Source: Thraustochytrium aureum | Taxonomy: Eukaryota | Length of the DNA: 32,365 nucleotides | Reading direction: 5' to 3' | Assembly: GCA_012862495.1 (NCBI GenBank) | Contig: BLSG01000103.1 | Location: forward strand, 1 to 32,365 | Shown: piece after piece, positions 10,195 to 19,817 of the stretch | How positions within the stretch are numbered: position 1 is the first letter of the stretch | Layout of the letters: the number at the start of each line of letters is the position of its first letter | Notes under the pieces: model-generated | What the model was told of the DNA's origin: nothing | Database searches by the model: none | Seen by the model: only the letters and a program-made list of their open reading frames with translations | Position numbers and translations under genes: made by a program

Positions 10195-11217
10195 ATGGCT
10201 CTCCCTGCTCCTGCAGGCGAAATTGCAGGGGCTGGGCACTTCAAACCTGGGCGATCCCTCGAAGACGTCATACGCGTGCCGAACCGGCGCAAATGGCGCG
10301 TCTTCAAGCTATTCGGCGCAACGCCTCGGGTGCACAGGAACCCCGCGGCGCTGGAGCGCCAGGTTGGCGAGGTTCTCTCGCCATATTTCGAACACAGCAC
10401 CCGCGTTCGCGAACACCAAAAGTCGCTCTGGATGGAGATCTGCATCGGAACTCTGTCGCACAACAAGAGCCAGGAGCGTGTTTTCGTGGTCCACCCGCCG
10501 CACTCGTGCTTTCTATTCATGACACCAATCCGATGCAAAGAGTCGCTGCCCATCTTCAAACAGGCGCTGTGCAGCGCGTTCGACTGCCCGAACCTCAAGG
10601 AACTGCAACTCTTTGGCAGTGACGTGAGCGCGCTCAAGGACCTCGCTCTACAAAAACTGAGCCAGGGCGCCTTCCGGTCCTACAGGCTCTGCGCGAGCGT
10701 GTTCGACTCAAACCCTCTCGAGACGCAGGCGATGGCAGCCAAGCGGCGCCGCGCCGTGATCGACAAGATCCTAACAGAGGAGAAAGCGCGCGCTGCGCAC
10801 GACGAGCTAGAAGGCACTGAAAGAAACCGCGTCCTGTTCAAGACCGAGCGACGCCAACCCGAGCAGCGGTTCACGAGCTCGCACGGCGCAGAGCCCAGAG
10901 GAAGTGGCTCTTGCTTGGGTTCAGGCTCCTTCACGGGCGTCTGCCTCAAGTCTTCAAATGATCTCCGCCGCCACGACGGAGCTCCGCAGGTCCAGGATTT
11001 CACGTGCTATGTCCGCCTCGAGGGAAGAGACGTTCTTCGAGGTGTCGAGAGCCTATACGAGAATGAGCTTGTTGTCCCGGGTCGCGAGATCCCCCGGGCG
11101 CTCGACGCAGCAAACCTGCTCGGCAGCCAAATCACAGCGGCGCGCGGCCCTGCCAAGAGGCAGCGCAGAGCCATGAGGGACGGGTCCACGAGCGTTCTCT
11201 GGCTCAAGTCTGGGTAG
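10195..11217 (+). CDS. CENPN: Probable centromere protein N (CENP-N/Chl4/Mis15) homologue, about 340 aa from the first in-frame ATG; start uncertain
   Basis: Motifs recalled from CENP-N/Chl4 occur in the expected order: WRVFKL, VFVVHPPHSCFLF, IFKQAL, LFGSDVSALKDLAL, SQGAFRSY...DSNPL and C-terminal VRLEGRDVLRGVESL...IP. The frame is open from 10039 and the first ATG is at 10195. Confidence 0.7.
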   Translation: MALPAPAGEIAGAGHFKPGRSLEDVIRVPNRRKWRVFKLFGATPRVHRNPAALERQVGEVLSPYFEHSTRVREHQKSLWMEICIGTLSHNKSQERVFVVHPPHSCFLFMTPIRCKESLPIFKQALCSAFDCPNLKELQLFGSDVSALKDLALQKLSQGAFRSYRLCASVFDSNPLETQAMAAKRRRAVIDKILTEEKARAAHDELEGTERNRVLFKTERRQPEQRFTSSHGAEPRGSGSCLGSGSFTGVCLKSSNDLRRHDGAPQVQDFTCYVRLEGRDVLRGVESLYENELVVPGREIPRALDAANLLGSQITAARGPAKRQRRAMRDGSTSVLWLKSG

Positions 11218-11668
11218 CGCGGGCGCCTAGCTCTAGAGAGTTTCGAAGGAGAGAGGCCTGCATATGCGCGCTCTGCGATGCTTCCGGGCGGCGCGAAGGG
11301 TCAGTCGGCTTCGCCCTTCGACTCCTGCCGGCGCGAAACTCCACCTCGCCAAGATGTACATTCTCGCTCGTTCTTGCATTCTCGTTTGCATTCTCGTTCT
11401 TACTACCCTTACCTTAGCTCAGTCCGCTCCAAACGCCGAAACCACTCTGCGGCGCGGCGGCCTACCACCGTGCAGCCGTGCAGCGCCTCCGTTCCGATTG
11501 GCGAGTGGAAAACGGGTTTTACACGCGCTCGCGCGAGCACCGGTACACGGCGCATGCACGACCAGCACGAGGGCTTCTGGGCACGCTGTGCATATTCATT
11601 CGCCACGGTCGGCAACAAGCAGGCCTGACGCGGCGCAGTAGGCTGCCGCGCCAGGCCTCAAGGCAGCC

Positions 11669-12925
11669 ATGGACCTTCTTCGCGTCGTGGACAGCGCCCT
11701 GGAGCAGCACAACTTGAGCTTGGCAGAGGCGCTTGCACATGCGCGAACAACGATTAGACGGGTCAAGGGGCTGTGCTTTGTTCGCGAGCGGCATGCCACG
11801 GTTGCCGCTCAGGTGGTCGAGGTCGTNNNNNNNNNNNNNNNNNNNNNNNNNNNNNNNNNNNNNNNNNNNNNNNNNNNNNNNNNNNNNNNNNNNNNNNNNN
11901 NNNNNNNNNNNNNNNNNNNNNNNNNNNNNNNNNNNNNNNNNNNNNNNNNNNNNNNNNNNNNNNNNNNNNNNNNNNNNNNNNNNNNNNNNNNNNNNNNNNN
12001 NNNNNNNNNNNNNNNNNNNNNNNNNNNNNNNNNNNNNNNNNNNNNNNNNNNNNNNNNNNNNNNNNNNNNNNNNNNNNNNNNNNNNNNNNNNNNNNNNNNN
12101 NNNNNNNNNNNNNNNNNNNNNNNNNNNNNNNNNNNNNNNNNNNNNNNNNNNNNNNNNNNNNNNNNNNNNNNNNNNNNNNNNNNNNNNNNNNNNNNNNNNN
12201 NNNNNNNNNNNNNNNNNNNNNNNNNNNNNNNNNNNNNNNNNNNNNNNNNNNNNNNNNNNNNNNNNNNNNNNNNNNNNNNNNNNNNNNNNNNNNNNNNNNN
12301 NNNNNNNNNNNNNNNNNNNNNNNNNNNNNNNNNNNNNNNNNNNNNNNNNNNNNNNNNNNNNNNNNNNNNNNNNNNNNNNNNNNNNNNNNNNNNNNNNNNN
12401 NNNNNNNNNNNNNNNNNNNNNNNNNNNNNNNNNNNNNNNNNNNNNNNNNNNNNNNNNNNNNNNNNNNNNNNNNNNNNNNNNNNNNNNNNNNNNNNNNNNN
12501 NNNNNNNNNNNNNNNNNNNNNNNNNNNNNNNNNNNNNNNNNNNNNNNNNNNNNNNNNNNNNNNNNNNNNNNNNNNNNNNNNNNNNNNNNNNNNNNNNNNN
12601 NNNNNNNNNNNNNNNNNNNNNNNNNNNNNNNNNNNNNNNNNNNNNNNNNNNNNNNNNNNNNNNNNNNNNNNNNNNNNNNNNNNNNNNNNNNNNNNNNNNN
12701 NNNNNNNNNNNNNNNNNNNNNNNNNNNNNNNNNNNNNNNNNNNNNNNNNNNNNNNNNNNNNNNNNNNNNNNNNNNNNNNNNNNNNNNNNNNNNNNNNNNN
12801 NNNNNNTGAAGTTCAAGCTGGTCGTTTTCGACGCCTCGCTCTTGGCGGCCTCTGGCCCCGCTGCGCCACAAGCGATCAAGAGCGGCGCAACCATGAAACG
12901 CAGGGCTTTGCCAAGGCAAGTTTAA
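11669..12925 (+). CDS. Hypothetical protein, mostly hidden by the 980-nt gap (11827-12806); 3' frame and end uncertain
   Basis: ATG in a good context (gcagccATGg) opens a protein-like helical sequence MDLLRVVDSALEQHNLSLAEALAHAR that runs into the gap. Confidence 0.45.
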   Translation: MDLLRVVDSALEQHNLSLAEALAHARTTIRRVKGLCFVRERHATVAAQVVEVXXXXXXXXXXXXXXXXXXXXXXXXXXXXXXXXXXXXXXXXXXXXXXXXXXXXXXXXXXXXXXXXXXXXXXXXXXXXXXXXXXXXXXXXXXXXXXXXXXXXXXXXXXXXXXXXXXXXXXXXXXXXXXXXXXXXXXXXXXXXXXXXXXXXXXXXXXXXXXXXXXXXXXXXXXXXXXXXXXXXXXXXXXXXXXXXXXXXXXXXXXXXXXXXXXXXXXXXXXXXXXXXXXXXXXXXXXXXXXXXXXXXXXXXXXXXXXXXXXXXXXXXXXXXXXXXXXXXXXXXXXXXXXXXXXXXXXXXXXXXXXXXXXXXXXXXXXXXXXXXXXXXXXXXKFKLVVFDASLLAASGPAAPQAIKSGATMKRRALPRQV

Positions 12926-13113
12926 AAGCTACAGGCGCAACCTTTGCGCCTGTGCAAGGCTCTCCCAGTTTTCCTTCCAGCCCCACAGCGTGCGGGTGGG
13001 CATCACTCGTTGGTCATTCCTGTCCAACATGAGAAACAGAACAAGGCGTGATTGCAGATCCATTTTTACAATGTGCGGCATCAATGCCAAGGTTTCCAAA
13101 ACAAGAAAAGAAA

Positions 13114-15606
13114 CTACGCGCGCGACTTGTTGGTGCGGCGACGAATGCGCTGCACGGTCTTCTTGGACTTTTCCAGGTTCTTGATGTGCTTCTTCAAGTG
13201 CTGTTGCTGTTGCCGCAGCGAGACAACCTGCTTGCGCCGGATCCTGTCGCTCTTGCTCACCATGAGAAAGTCCTTTTTCTTGGCCTTTTCCAAGTTGTTC
13301 GTGCCGCCACCACGCTTGTTCATCAGCTCGTGCGCCCCACGGCGGCCCTCGTACACTGAGGCAAGGCGGTCGGCCAACTCCCTCCGCCGACGCCGCACAA
13401 CACCCTCCAGGGCAGCCGGGTTGAGCGAGCCGTCATTGACGACGCCTTCTTGGTCGCTGTCATCTTCTGAGCTCGAGAGGTCGCTGGCGAACGGGTCGTC
13501 ATCGCTTTGGTCGCCCGCCTCGCCCCCCTCGACCTTGAAACCCTTCTTCTCGAACATGTGCAGGAGCGCGTTGCGTTGGTTTTGCTTTTCTTTGAGCTTG
13601 TCCTTCTTTCGCCGAGCACGCGGGTCGCGCTTTTCCTTTTCGAGCTTGGCCTTGAGCTTGCGAATGCGGGCAAAGTCTTCCTCGGAGAGGAGTCGTTTCG
13701 CGTCGATGCGGTCAGTCTGGTTTACCTTTTGCCTTTTCGCCTTTTCCAGGAGCGTCTCGTCCGCGTCGCCAGCGGAGCCCTGGGTTCCTTCCCCGGCCTC
13801 TTCGCGCTTCCTCTTCGGGCTCTTGGGAGATTTCGACCCGGCTGGCAATTTTGTTGGTCCATTTTCTGTGGAACTGCCACCTTTCGCTTCCTCGCCCTCT
13901 CCGTCTGCGTCCTCCTCGTCCTCCTCCTCGTCGTCCTCTCCTTCATCTTCTTCCTCCTCCTCTTCCCCCTCCGCCTCTTCGTCGTCTTCGTCGTCTTCGT
14001 CATCGTCGTCCTCTTTGGCGCCATCACTTGCGTCCTCGTTACTTTCCTGCTCCTCCTCGTCCTCCCCACTCTGGTCGTCGGGCCCAGCGAGCCGGCGAGC
14101 CTCCTCTTCAAGGTACTGCAAGAGTTCGGCACCGTCGACACCCTGCGCTGCTTGGAGCTGGCCGTACTCGGGCAGCTGATCAGTGGTGTGGAACTTGCCA
14201 CGCTCTTTGCGCTGGAGAACGGCAGGGTTAATCTCCCGCATTGCGTTGAGCAGCGAGCGAGCAGCCATGACCACGCTCTTGTCCCGGCGGAACGCCTTGT
14301 ACTGGACCAGGTCCTGAATCAGGTCGTCGACGCCCTCGCCAGTTGTGAGCAGCGGCACCTTGGCCACGAGCTCCCGGATCCCGTTGAGACCAACCGCCAT
14401 CACCTCCGGGCCGCTCCTGTCGGTGACAAAGTTGTTGGCGATGTGCTTGAGCGTGGGCTCCAGGTCCTCGGCTGGGACGAGGTCGTGGGAGGCTTGGATA
14501 AGGTAGGCAAGAATGGCCGTCACATGGCGCTGGTGCGGCTGGAGGTACTTTTGCAGGAAGGAGTAAAACGCGAGGAGCAGGAGCTTGTGGTAGCCGATGA
14601 CGCGCGAGACGAGGTTCATCATCATGAGGCGAACCTCAAAATGATCCGTCGAGGCTCGCAGCTTCTTGAAAAGCTGCTCAGCGAAACCCTGGGGGTCGTT
14701 GAGCAGGTCGATCGCGGGGAAGCGCGGCGCCGAGGCGCGACGCCGCTCCGAGGTCGACTGGGAGGCCTGGCGAGCTTTCCTCAATGCCTTGGAGTCTCGG
14801 GCCTGCTTGCGCGCGCGCGCGCGCGTCGATTTCGAGTACTGGCGCGCGGTCTTCTGCGCGCCGCGCTCGAGCTTCTCGCGGGACTTGCCCGTGCTTGCCT
14901 CCAGACTCTGCGCCGCTTGGTCCTCGTCCTCTTCCTCTAGAAGCGCGTCAATCTTCTCGTCGATGCCCAGGAAGAACTGGAGCGCGATCGCCACATTTTT
15001 CGGCTGCTTGGACAAGCAGGCTTGCGCGATGACGTTGACAGTCCGCGAGTCTACCCATACGCGGCGCTTGTACAGGTCGACCATGACTTGGAGGCTTTTC
15101 TTGGCTGCGATTGACGAGGGGTCCTCGAGCATGCGGAACACCACGTTTTGAATCGCTTTGTTCAGCTTGAGGTCGTTCGTCTTGCGGTTCACGTTGCGAA
15201 CGTCCGTCAGGATATGCGAGTAGAGCATCTCGCGGAGCCCTTTGTCACGGCACCGGAACAAGCTAAAGCAGAGGGTGATCAGCGTGACGGGGTCGACTAG
15301 CCCTCTGTTCCGAAGCAGGATCAGGCTCTGGAATAGCGTCTTGCGGAGCTCGCCGTCCATGGTCTCGTAGTTTTTCTCCAGCAACCCAAGCACCGACTCG
15401 CCGAAGTGCGTGCTGTCCTCCGGGTACAGGTAAGCGCAGTGGCTCAGGAACATGACCAGCTGTCCGAACGCACGGCTTTCCTTGGGCGGCGACAGTTCAT
15501 AGATCGACAGTTGCGCGTCGAAGCTGCGCATCTGCTGTCGAAACTCGGGCCTGTACGAAGCCGCATTTCTCTTGATCTTGTTCTGCAGCAGCGTCAGATT
15601 GAGCAT
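13114..15606 (-). CDS. SDA1: SDA1 (SDAD1) 60S ribosome biogenesis protein, about 830 aa
   Basis: N-terminal LLQNKIKRN...SYRPEF; LILLRNRG, LFRCRDKGLR, LYKRRVW, LLNDPQGFAEQLF, YLQPHQRHVT, IANNFVTDR, VGLNGIRE, AARSLLN, acidic tract, LLSEEDF and GGTNN..K.KKKDFLM. True ATG taken as 15606 (MLNLTLLQ). Confidence 0.96.
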   Translation of the reverse strand: MLNLTLLQNKIKRNAASYRPEFRQQMRSFDAQLSIYELSPPKESRAFGQLVMFLSHCAYLYPEDSTHFGESVLGLLEKNYETMDGELRKTLFQSLILLRNRGLVDPVTLITLCFSLFRCRDKGLREMLYSHILTDVRNVNRKTNDLKLNKAIQNVVFRMLEDPSSIAAKKSLQVMVDLYKRRVWVDSRTVNVIAQACLSKQPKNVAIALQFFLGIDEKIDALLEEEDEDQAAQSLEASTGKSREKLERGAQKTARQYSKSTRARARKQARDSKALRKARQASQSTSERRRASAPRFPAIDLLNDPQGFAEQLFKKLRASTDHFEVRLMMMNLVSRVIGYHKLLLLAFYSFLQKYLQPHQRHVTAILAYLIQASHDLVPAEDLEPTLKHIANNFVTDRSGPEVMAVGLNGIRELVAKVPLLTTGEGVDDLIQDLVQYKAFRRDKSVVMAARSLLNAMREINPAVLQRKERGKFHTTDQLPEYGQLQAAQGVDGAELLQYLEEEARRLAGPDDQSGEDEEEQESNEDASDGAKEDDDDEDDEDDEEAEGEEEEEEDEGEDDEEEDEEDADGEGEEAKGGSSTENGPTKLPAGSKSPKSPKRKREEAGEGTQGSAGDADETLLEKAKRQKVNQTDRIDAKRLLSEEDFARIRKLKAKLEKEKRDPRARRKKDKLKEKQNQRNALLHMFEKKGFKVEGGEAGDQSDDDPFASDLSSSEDDSDQEGVVNDGSLNPAALEGVVRRRRRELADRLASVYEGRRGAHELMNKRGGGTNNLEKAKKKDFLMVSKSDRIRRKQVVSLRQQQQHLKKHIKNLEKSKKTVQRIRRRTNKSRA

Positions 15607-16343
15607 CCTGCCCCTCGCGCAGCTCGCGCAGCTCGCGCAGCTACCCGCCCGACGCTCTCCTGTTCGGTTCGCCTCGCTGCTCCTTTCCGCGGCTCGCTGC
15701 GACTCTGCCGCACGAGGCGAGCAGGTGCTGGTTGCCAACGACAAGCGTTCCGCTGCCAACGATCAAACAGTTGATCGCTGCGCTGTCGCACAAAGTGCTC
15801 CGCCAAACCACTCCCCTGTGGTGGACGCTGGTGGACACCGGGCAGTTTGCCGGGCAGCATCCTGCATCATCTTCATCACTGGCAGGGCGAGAGAGATCGT
15901 GGGCCTCTTCTATCAGACGGAGTAGAGCGCTTGCTCGAGGAGTACCACTTGCCCGATCTGCCGCAAAGTACCGGTACCTGCCTGCCGTTTCGTCAAGAGG
16001 TTGCTTGGCGGCGTACTGAATTGAGTACGTACTGGGTGGTCGATCGTCAATCCAGGTAGTAGCTAGCTCCGTGCCAGCACGGCAAAGCTGCTGGGAGATT
16101 CATCCTGTCGCGTCTCATGAGCAGACCGCGTGACGTGCACCCCATTGCCTCTCCACGATGGATCATCTGCGAGCTCGGCGTTGTTCGCCCTGGCCCAATC
16201 AAGCCAGGATCCAGTTGAGGCGACAGTCCCTGTTGCCCACCAGGCATTCTGTGAGCGAGTCGCAGGTAACCGCGAGCAAGCCAGGCGGCCACGAGCACAG
16301 CGAGCAAGCGAGCTCACGCCTTGGCAAAGCGGAGCAGGTTAGG

Positions 16344-17163
16344 ATGGACTTGGGGCGCGAGATGGGGCTGGCCGGGGCCACAGCCGTGATTGTGGTCAAC
16401 TTCACGCACCCCATCGACACGGTCAAGACGCGCATGCAAGTGAGCCAGACGTTTTCGCTCCGCGAGTTTATCCGCACCGAAGGCCCGATGGCGCTGTACA
16501 AGGGAATATCGGCTGCGTGGCTGCGCGAGGCAAGCTACACCTCCCTCAAACTTGGGTTGTACGGGCCAGTGAAGAAGGTGTTCGGGGCAACCACGCCGGA
16601 TGCACCGTTCGCGCTCAAGTTTGCCGCAGGGAGGCACCGCAGGAGTGATCGGAAGCGTGATGGGCAACCCCTTTGACGTGCTCAAGACACTCATGATCAC
16701 ACACAAAGGAAAGAACGAGCCGCTCGCGACGCTCGTGGGCAGAGTTTACAAGGAGCGCGGCATCGGCGGGTTTTACCGCGGGATACAAGCAAACGCGCTG
16801 CGGGCCTGCATTTTGAACGGGACGAAAATGGCCTGCTACGACCAGATTAAGGGCTACGTGGTTGCTGGCACGGGGTGGTCTCGCAAGGACCTCAAGACGC
16901 AGTTTGTGAGCTCGTGCGGCGCGGGGCTCGCCATGGCGATAACAGTCTCCCCGATCGACTTTTTGCGCACTCGCCTCATGAACCAGCAGGCCAAAGTGTA
17001 CAATGGCATTGCGGACTGCCTTATGCAAACTATCCGGAAGGAAGGGGCCATGTCGCTGTACCGCGGCTTCTTCCCGATCTGGTCTCGGTTTGCTCCCCAG
17101 GCGACGGGCCAGCTTGTTGTGTTTGAAATGCTCCGCGAAGTCGCGGGCATGGATGCAATCTAG
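16344..17163 (+). CDS. Mitochondrial carrier (SLC25) of the dicarboxylate/oxoglutarate/UCP-like group, about 272 aa after correcting one extra G at 16629-16631
   Basis: Three signature motifs (PIDTVKTR, PFDVLKT, PIDFLRTR), plus EGxxALYKG..REASYTSLKLGLY, RACILN and SLYRGFFPIWSRF. The two halves lie in different frames that join at GCA-GGG-A-GGC (FAAG|GTAG). Confidence 0.92.
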
Positions 17164-17676
17164 TAAGNNNNNNNNNNNNNNNNNNNNNNNNNNNNNNNNN
17201 NNNNNNNNNNNNNNNNNNNNCTAAAGAAATGCGACCGCATTTGCGCCATCTCTCGACCAACGACCTCGAGCGCTCTGCGATTCTGTTGGTCTTCACTGGG
17301 AGCGTATCTCTGTGCTCCTGATGCATCACTTGGCAACACACCGAGAGCGACCCAAGGCTGAACGTTGTTGCGAGGGCGAAAGCAGTCACACTACAGGGCT
17401 GCGTGTCGCACTTTGCAACGAGTCCAGGGTTTCATCTCTTGAAGTACTACTCAACAAAATCTTGCGTCGACCGCACATTCCCGCAACCGAAAGCGCGGTT
17501 TTGGCCGAGCCTCGTACGCACAACCAACTTGGTGAAATAGCAGGGAAAGCCTGGCGTGCTGAGAGCTCGCGCATGATACCCAACACGCGGCGGCGGCCGA
17601 CCGCGTGCAGCCGCTCCCACAGCCGTCCCCCCAACCCACCATTAAAAAAAACAGATTTGCACCATGCATTCGCACG

Positions 17677-19281
17677 CTACTGCTCGAGGAACGGCCGAAT
17701 CCCTTCCACATCGACATCGTCTTCGTCTTCCCCGTACTCGGCCGCCTTCCAAGCGGCGACTTGAGCGGCGGCCGCGCCCCGAGTACTCTGCAGGCCGTGC
17801 AAGGTGTCGGCCCGAAACAGCACGCCGAGCGCTGCACAGGTGAAAAAGTGGCCAGTTGTCGAGACGAGAAAGACCCAGTCAGCGCGAGCCCACTCCGCCA
17901 GAGTTGCTGAGAGAAGCGCAAGTACCCAGTCTTGCACGAGCGCCGCGGCAATGAGCGCGGCCACAGCAGCCAGCACCTTGAAGCGGAGCTGAGCCTGCGC
18001 AGAAGCTGTTGCAACAGGTGTGATGCCGCGCTGCTTGCTGCGCAGTTTGAGGCGGCCAGAGTAGAGCAGCGTATGCAAGGCGTAGCCAAGGCCAAACATG
18101 AGCATGATCGACTCGCTGACGAGGACAAAGATCCAGAGCACGCCGTGGTACTCGTCCGTAAAGTTGGGGCTGCTACTGAGCAAAAACGTCCCCAGCGTTG
18201 CGAGCAAGTAGAACACGGCCAGCATCCAGCCAAATTGCACCATGCACTCGCTGTCGAGGAGCCGCGGAGAGATGATCATCCACCCAGAGCTCAAGAGAAC
18301 GACCAGCAAAACCGTGGCAATCCGAGCCAGCTCGTCCAGGAGAACTGCCAACAGGCGGGCCAGGCTGATGCTGTCGACACGCTCGACGCCTCGGGCGGCA
18401 AAGCCGACGAGCTCGACGAGGCTCATTGCCAGCGACAGCAGGCTGGTGGTGCAAATGAGCCCGACCGCGAAGATCACCAGCAGGCTGGTCATGACCGCCT
18501 CAGTGCCCCGCGCCCGCTGCCGCCAGCTCTGCAAGTCGAGCGCCATCCAAACCACGAGGGCGAGGTAGAACAGGAAGAACACGAGCGTGCCAGGAAGGAG
18601 CAGGGCCTCGTCAGCGGAAAACTCGGTAGCGCCGCCGGCGCCGTCCACATTGTAGACGTGGAGGTCGATCCACACCTTGCCCAGCGCCGCATCCTCCGGA
18701 ACCTTGCCCCCTAGGTGATGAAATCGATGAGCGTGGTACCGGTGGTACCGCGAGGCGTGGTTCTTGTTGTAGCGCTGCCGCACAGCAACGCTCGGATGCA
18801 AACCAAGCTCACGGCGGCGACCAGCTATTGCGGGCAGCGTCGCCCCGGCTGGTTCGCAACGCGCGACGCCAAACCGCCACACTACTGGGCGTGGCCCTTC
18901 CGGGATTCGCAAATAGACTTGCGTCGGCTGCCCTGGCGTCAAGTCTATCGCATCGCGAGCAAATCCTCCATGTTCAACAGTCGCGACAGCCTGCGCGCAT
19001 TGGGCTGCGTGGTCGCGCTCGAGCGCGGGCCATGACGCCTTTGAATCGTCGTAGACAATAAACTTGCCGCCGTGCTCGGCAAATACCAGGCCCTGGGCCT
19101 GCCCGCCTCGCTCTTGGAATGTGAACTGCGCAACGACCTCCCAGTCGCTATGAATCGTCAGGTTGCCCTCGAACCGACTAGCTCGGGAGGGCGTCGGGCC
19201 GAGGGCACCGAAAAGTGCAGCGAGTAGCAAGCCCGCCCTTGCCGCGTTTCGAGTTGCCGAGGTGGTGCGAAGAGGGCCCAT
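17677..19281 (-). CDS. GPR180/TMEM145-like protein (signal peptide, lumenal domain, about 7 TM helices), 534 aa
   Basis: Hydrophobic leader; WEVVAQFTF, VWRFGVARC and the EFSADE motif before TM1; LLVVLLSSGWMI motif; several hydrophobic helices. Confidence 0.8.
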   Translation of the reverse strand: MGPLRTTSATRNAARAGLLLAALFGALGPTPSRASRFEGNLTIHSDWEVVAQFTFQERGGQAQGLVFAEHGGKFIVYDDSKASWPALERDHAAQCAQAVATVEHGGFARDAIDLTPGQPTQVYLRIPEGPRPVVWRFGVARCEPAGATLPAIAGRRRELGLHPSVAVRQRYNKNHASRYHRYHAHRFHHLGGKVPEDAALGKVWIDLHVYNVDGAGGATEFSADEALLLPGTLVFFLFYLALVVWMALDLQSWRQRARGTEAVMTSLLVIFAVGLICTTSLLSLAMSLVELVGFAARGVERVDSISLARLLAVLLDELARIATVLLVVLLSSGWMIISPRLLDSECMVQFGWMLAVFYLLATLGTFLLSSSPNFTDEYHGVLWIFVLVSESIMLMFGLGYALHTLLYSGRLKLRSKQRGITPVATASAQAQLRFKVLAAVAALIAAALVQDWVLALLSATLAEWARADWVFLVSTTGHFFTCAALGVLFRADTLHGLQSTRGAAAAQVAAWKAAEYGEDEDDVDVEGIRPFLEQ

Positions 19282-19817
19282 TCGGTTTGGGCGCTTTTGC
19301 GTGTCTGCCTTTCTCGAGGCGCTTTTGCAGCAAAGGCGGCGCGGTGGCGGAGGGGCGCTCTATCAGAGGGCGTAGTGTCAGCAGCACCGCAGTCCGCGCC
19401 CCTGTGCGCTGTGCTCGCTGGAGTCGAAGACTCCCTGACCACTTGGCCACGAAGAAGATTTCGACTGTGAAGTGTTCGCGAATCGTGCAGTCACTTGAAA
19501 GAACTGTTCTTTTTATCACTGTTCTTTTGATTGATCTTTTGTTCTTGATCAAATCAATCAATCAACGAGAAGAGGAACACCGCCGCGCGCCGGCTGTGCG
19601 GTGTTTCCGCTGCTGTTGCTGCAAGCGCTCGACATGCTCATGTGCTTGGGAGAAAGCAATCGTGCCGGTACGGTCTATTGCTTTTTAGTTTCTGCGCCAA
19701 AGTAGTTCGCACATGCTTCCACAGAACCCCTTCCTGCGGCTGAGCCCGCTCAGCGCGGTGTCATTGGCAAGCTCAAGCGGGGCCGGCCGACTAACTGGCT
19801 GCACAAAAGGTTATCAT

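Noticed and set aside
13052..14940. Long plus-strand ORFs (375 and 477 aa) opposite SDA1
   Set aside because: Antisense shadows typical of GC-rich coding DNA; the poly-Ser mirrors the SDA1 acidic tract.
15607..15759. N-terminal extension of SDA1 and the (CTCGCGCAG)x3 repeat
   Set aside because: Non-ATG start; SDA1 homology begins at ATG 15606, and the short repeat is probably 5'UTR slippage.
15732..16340. Short ORFs between SDA1 and the mitochondrial carrier
   Set aside because: No recognisable motifs; the region is best explained as a divergent promoter plus UTRs.
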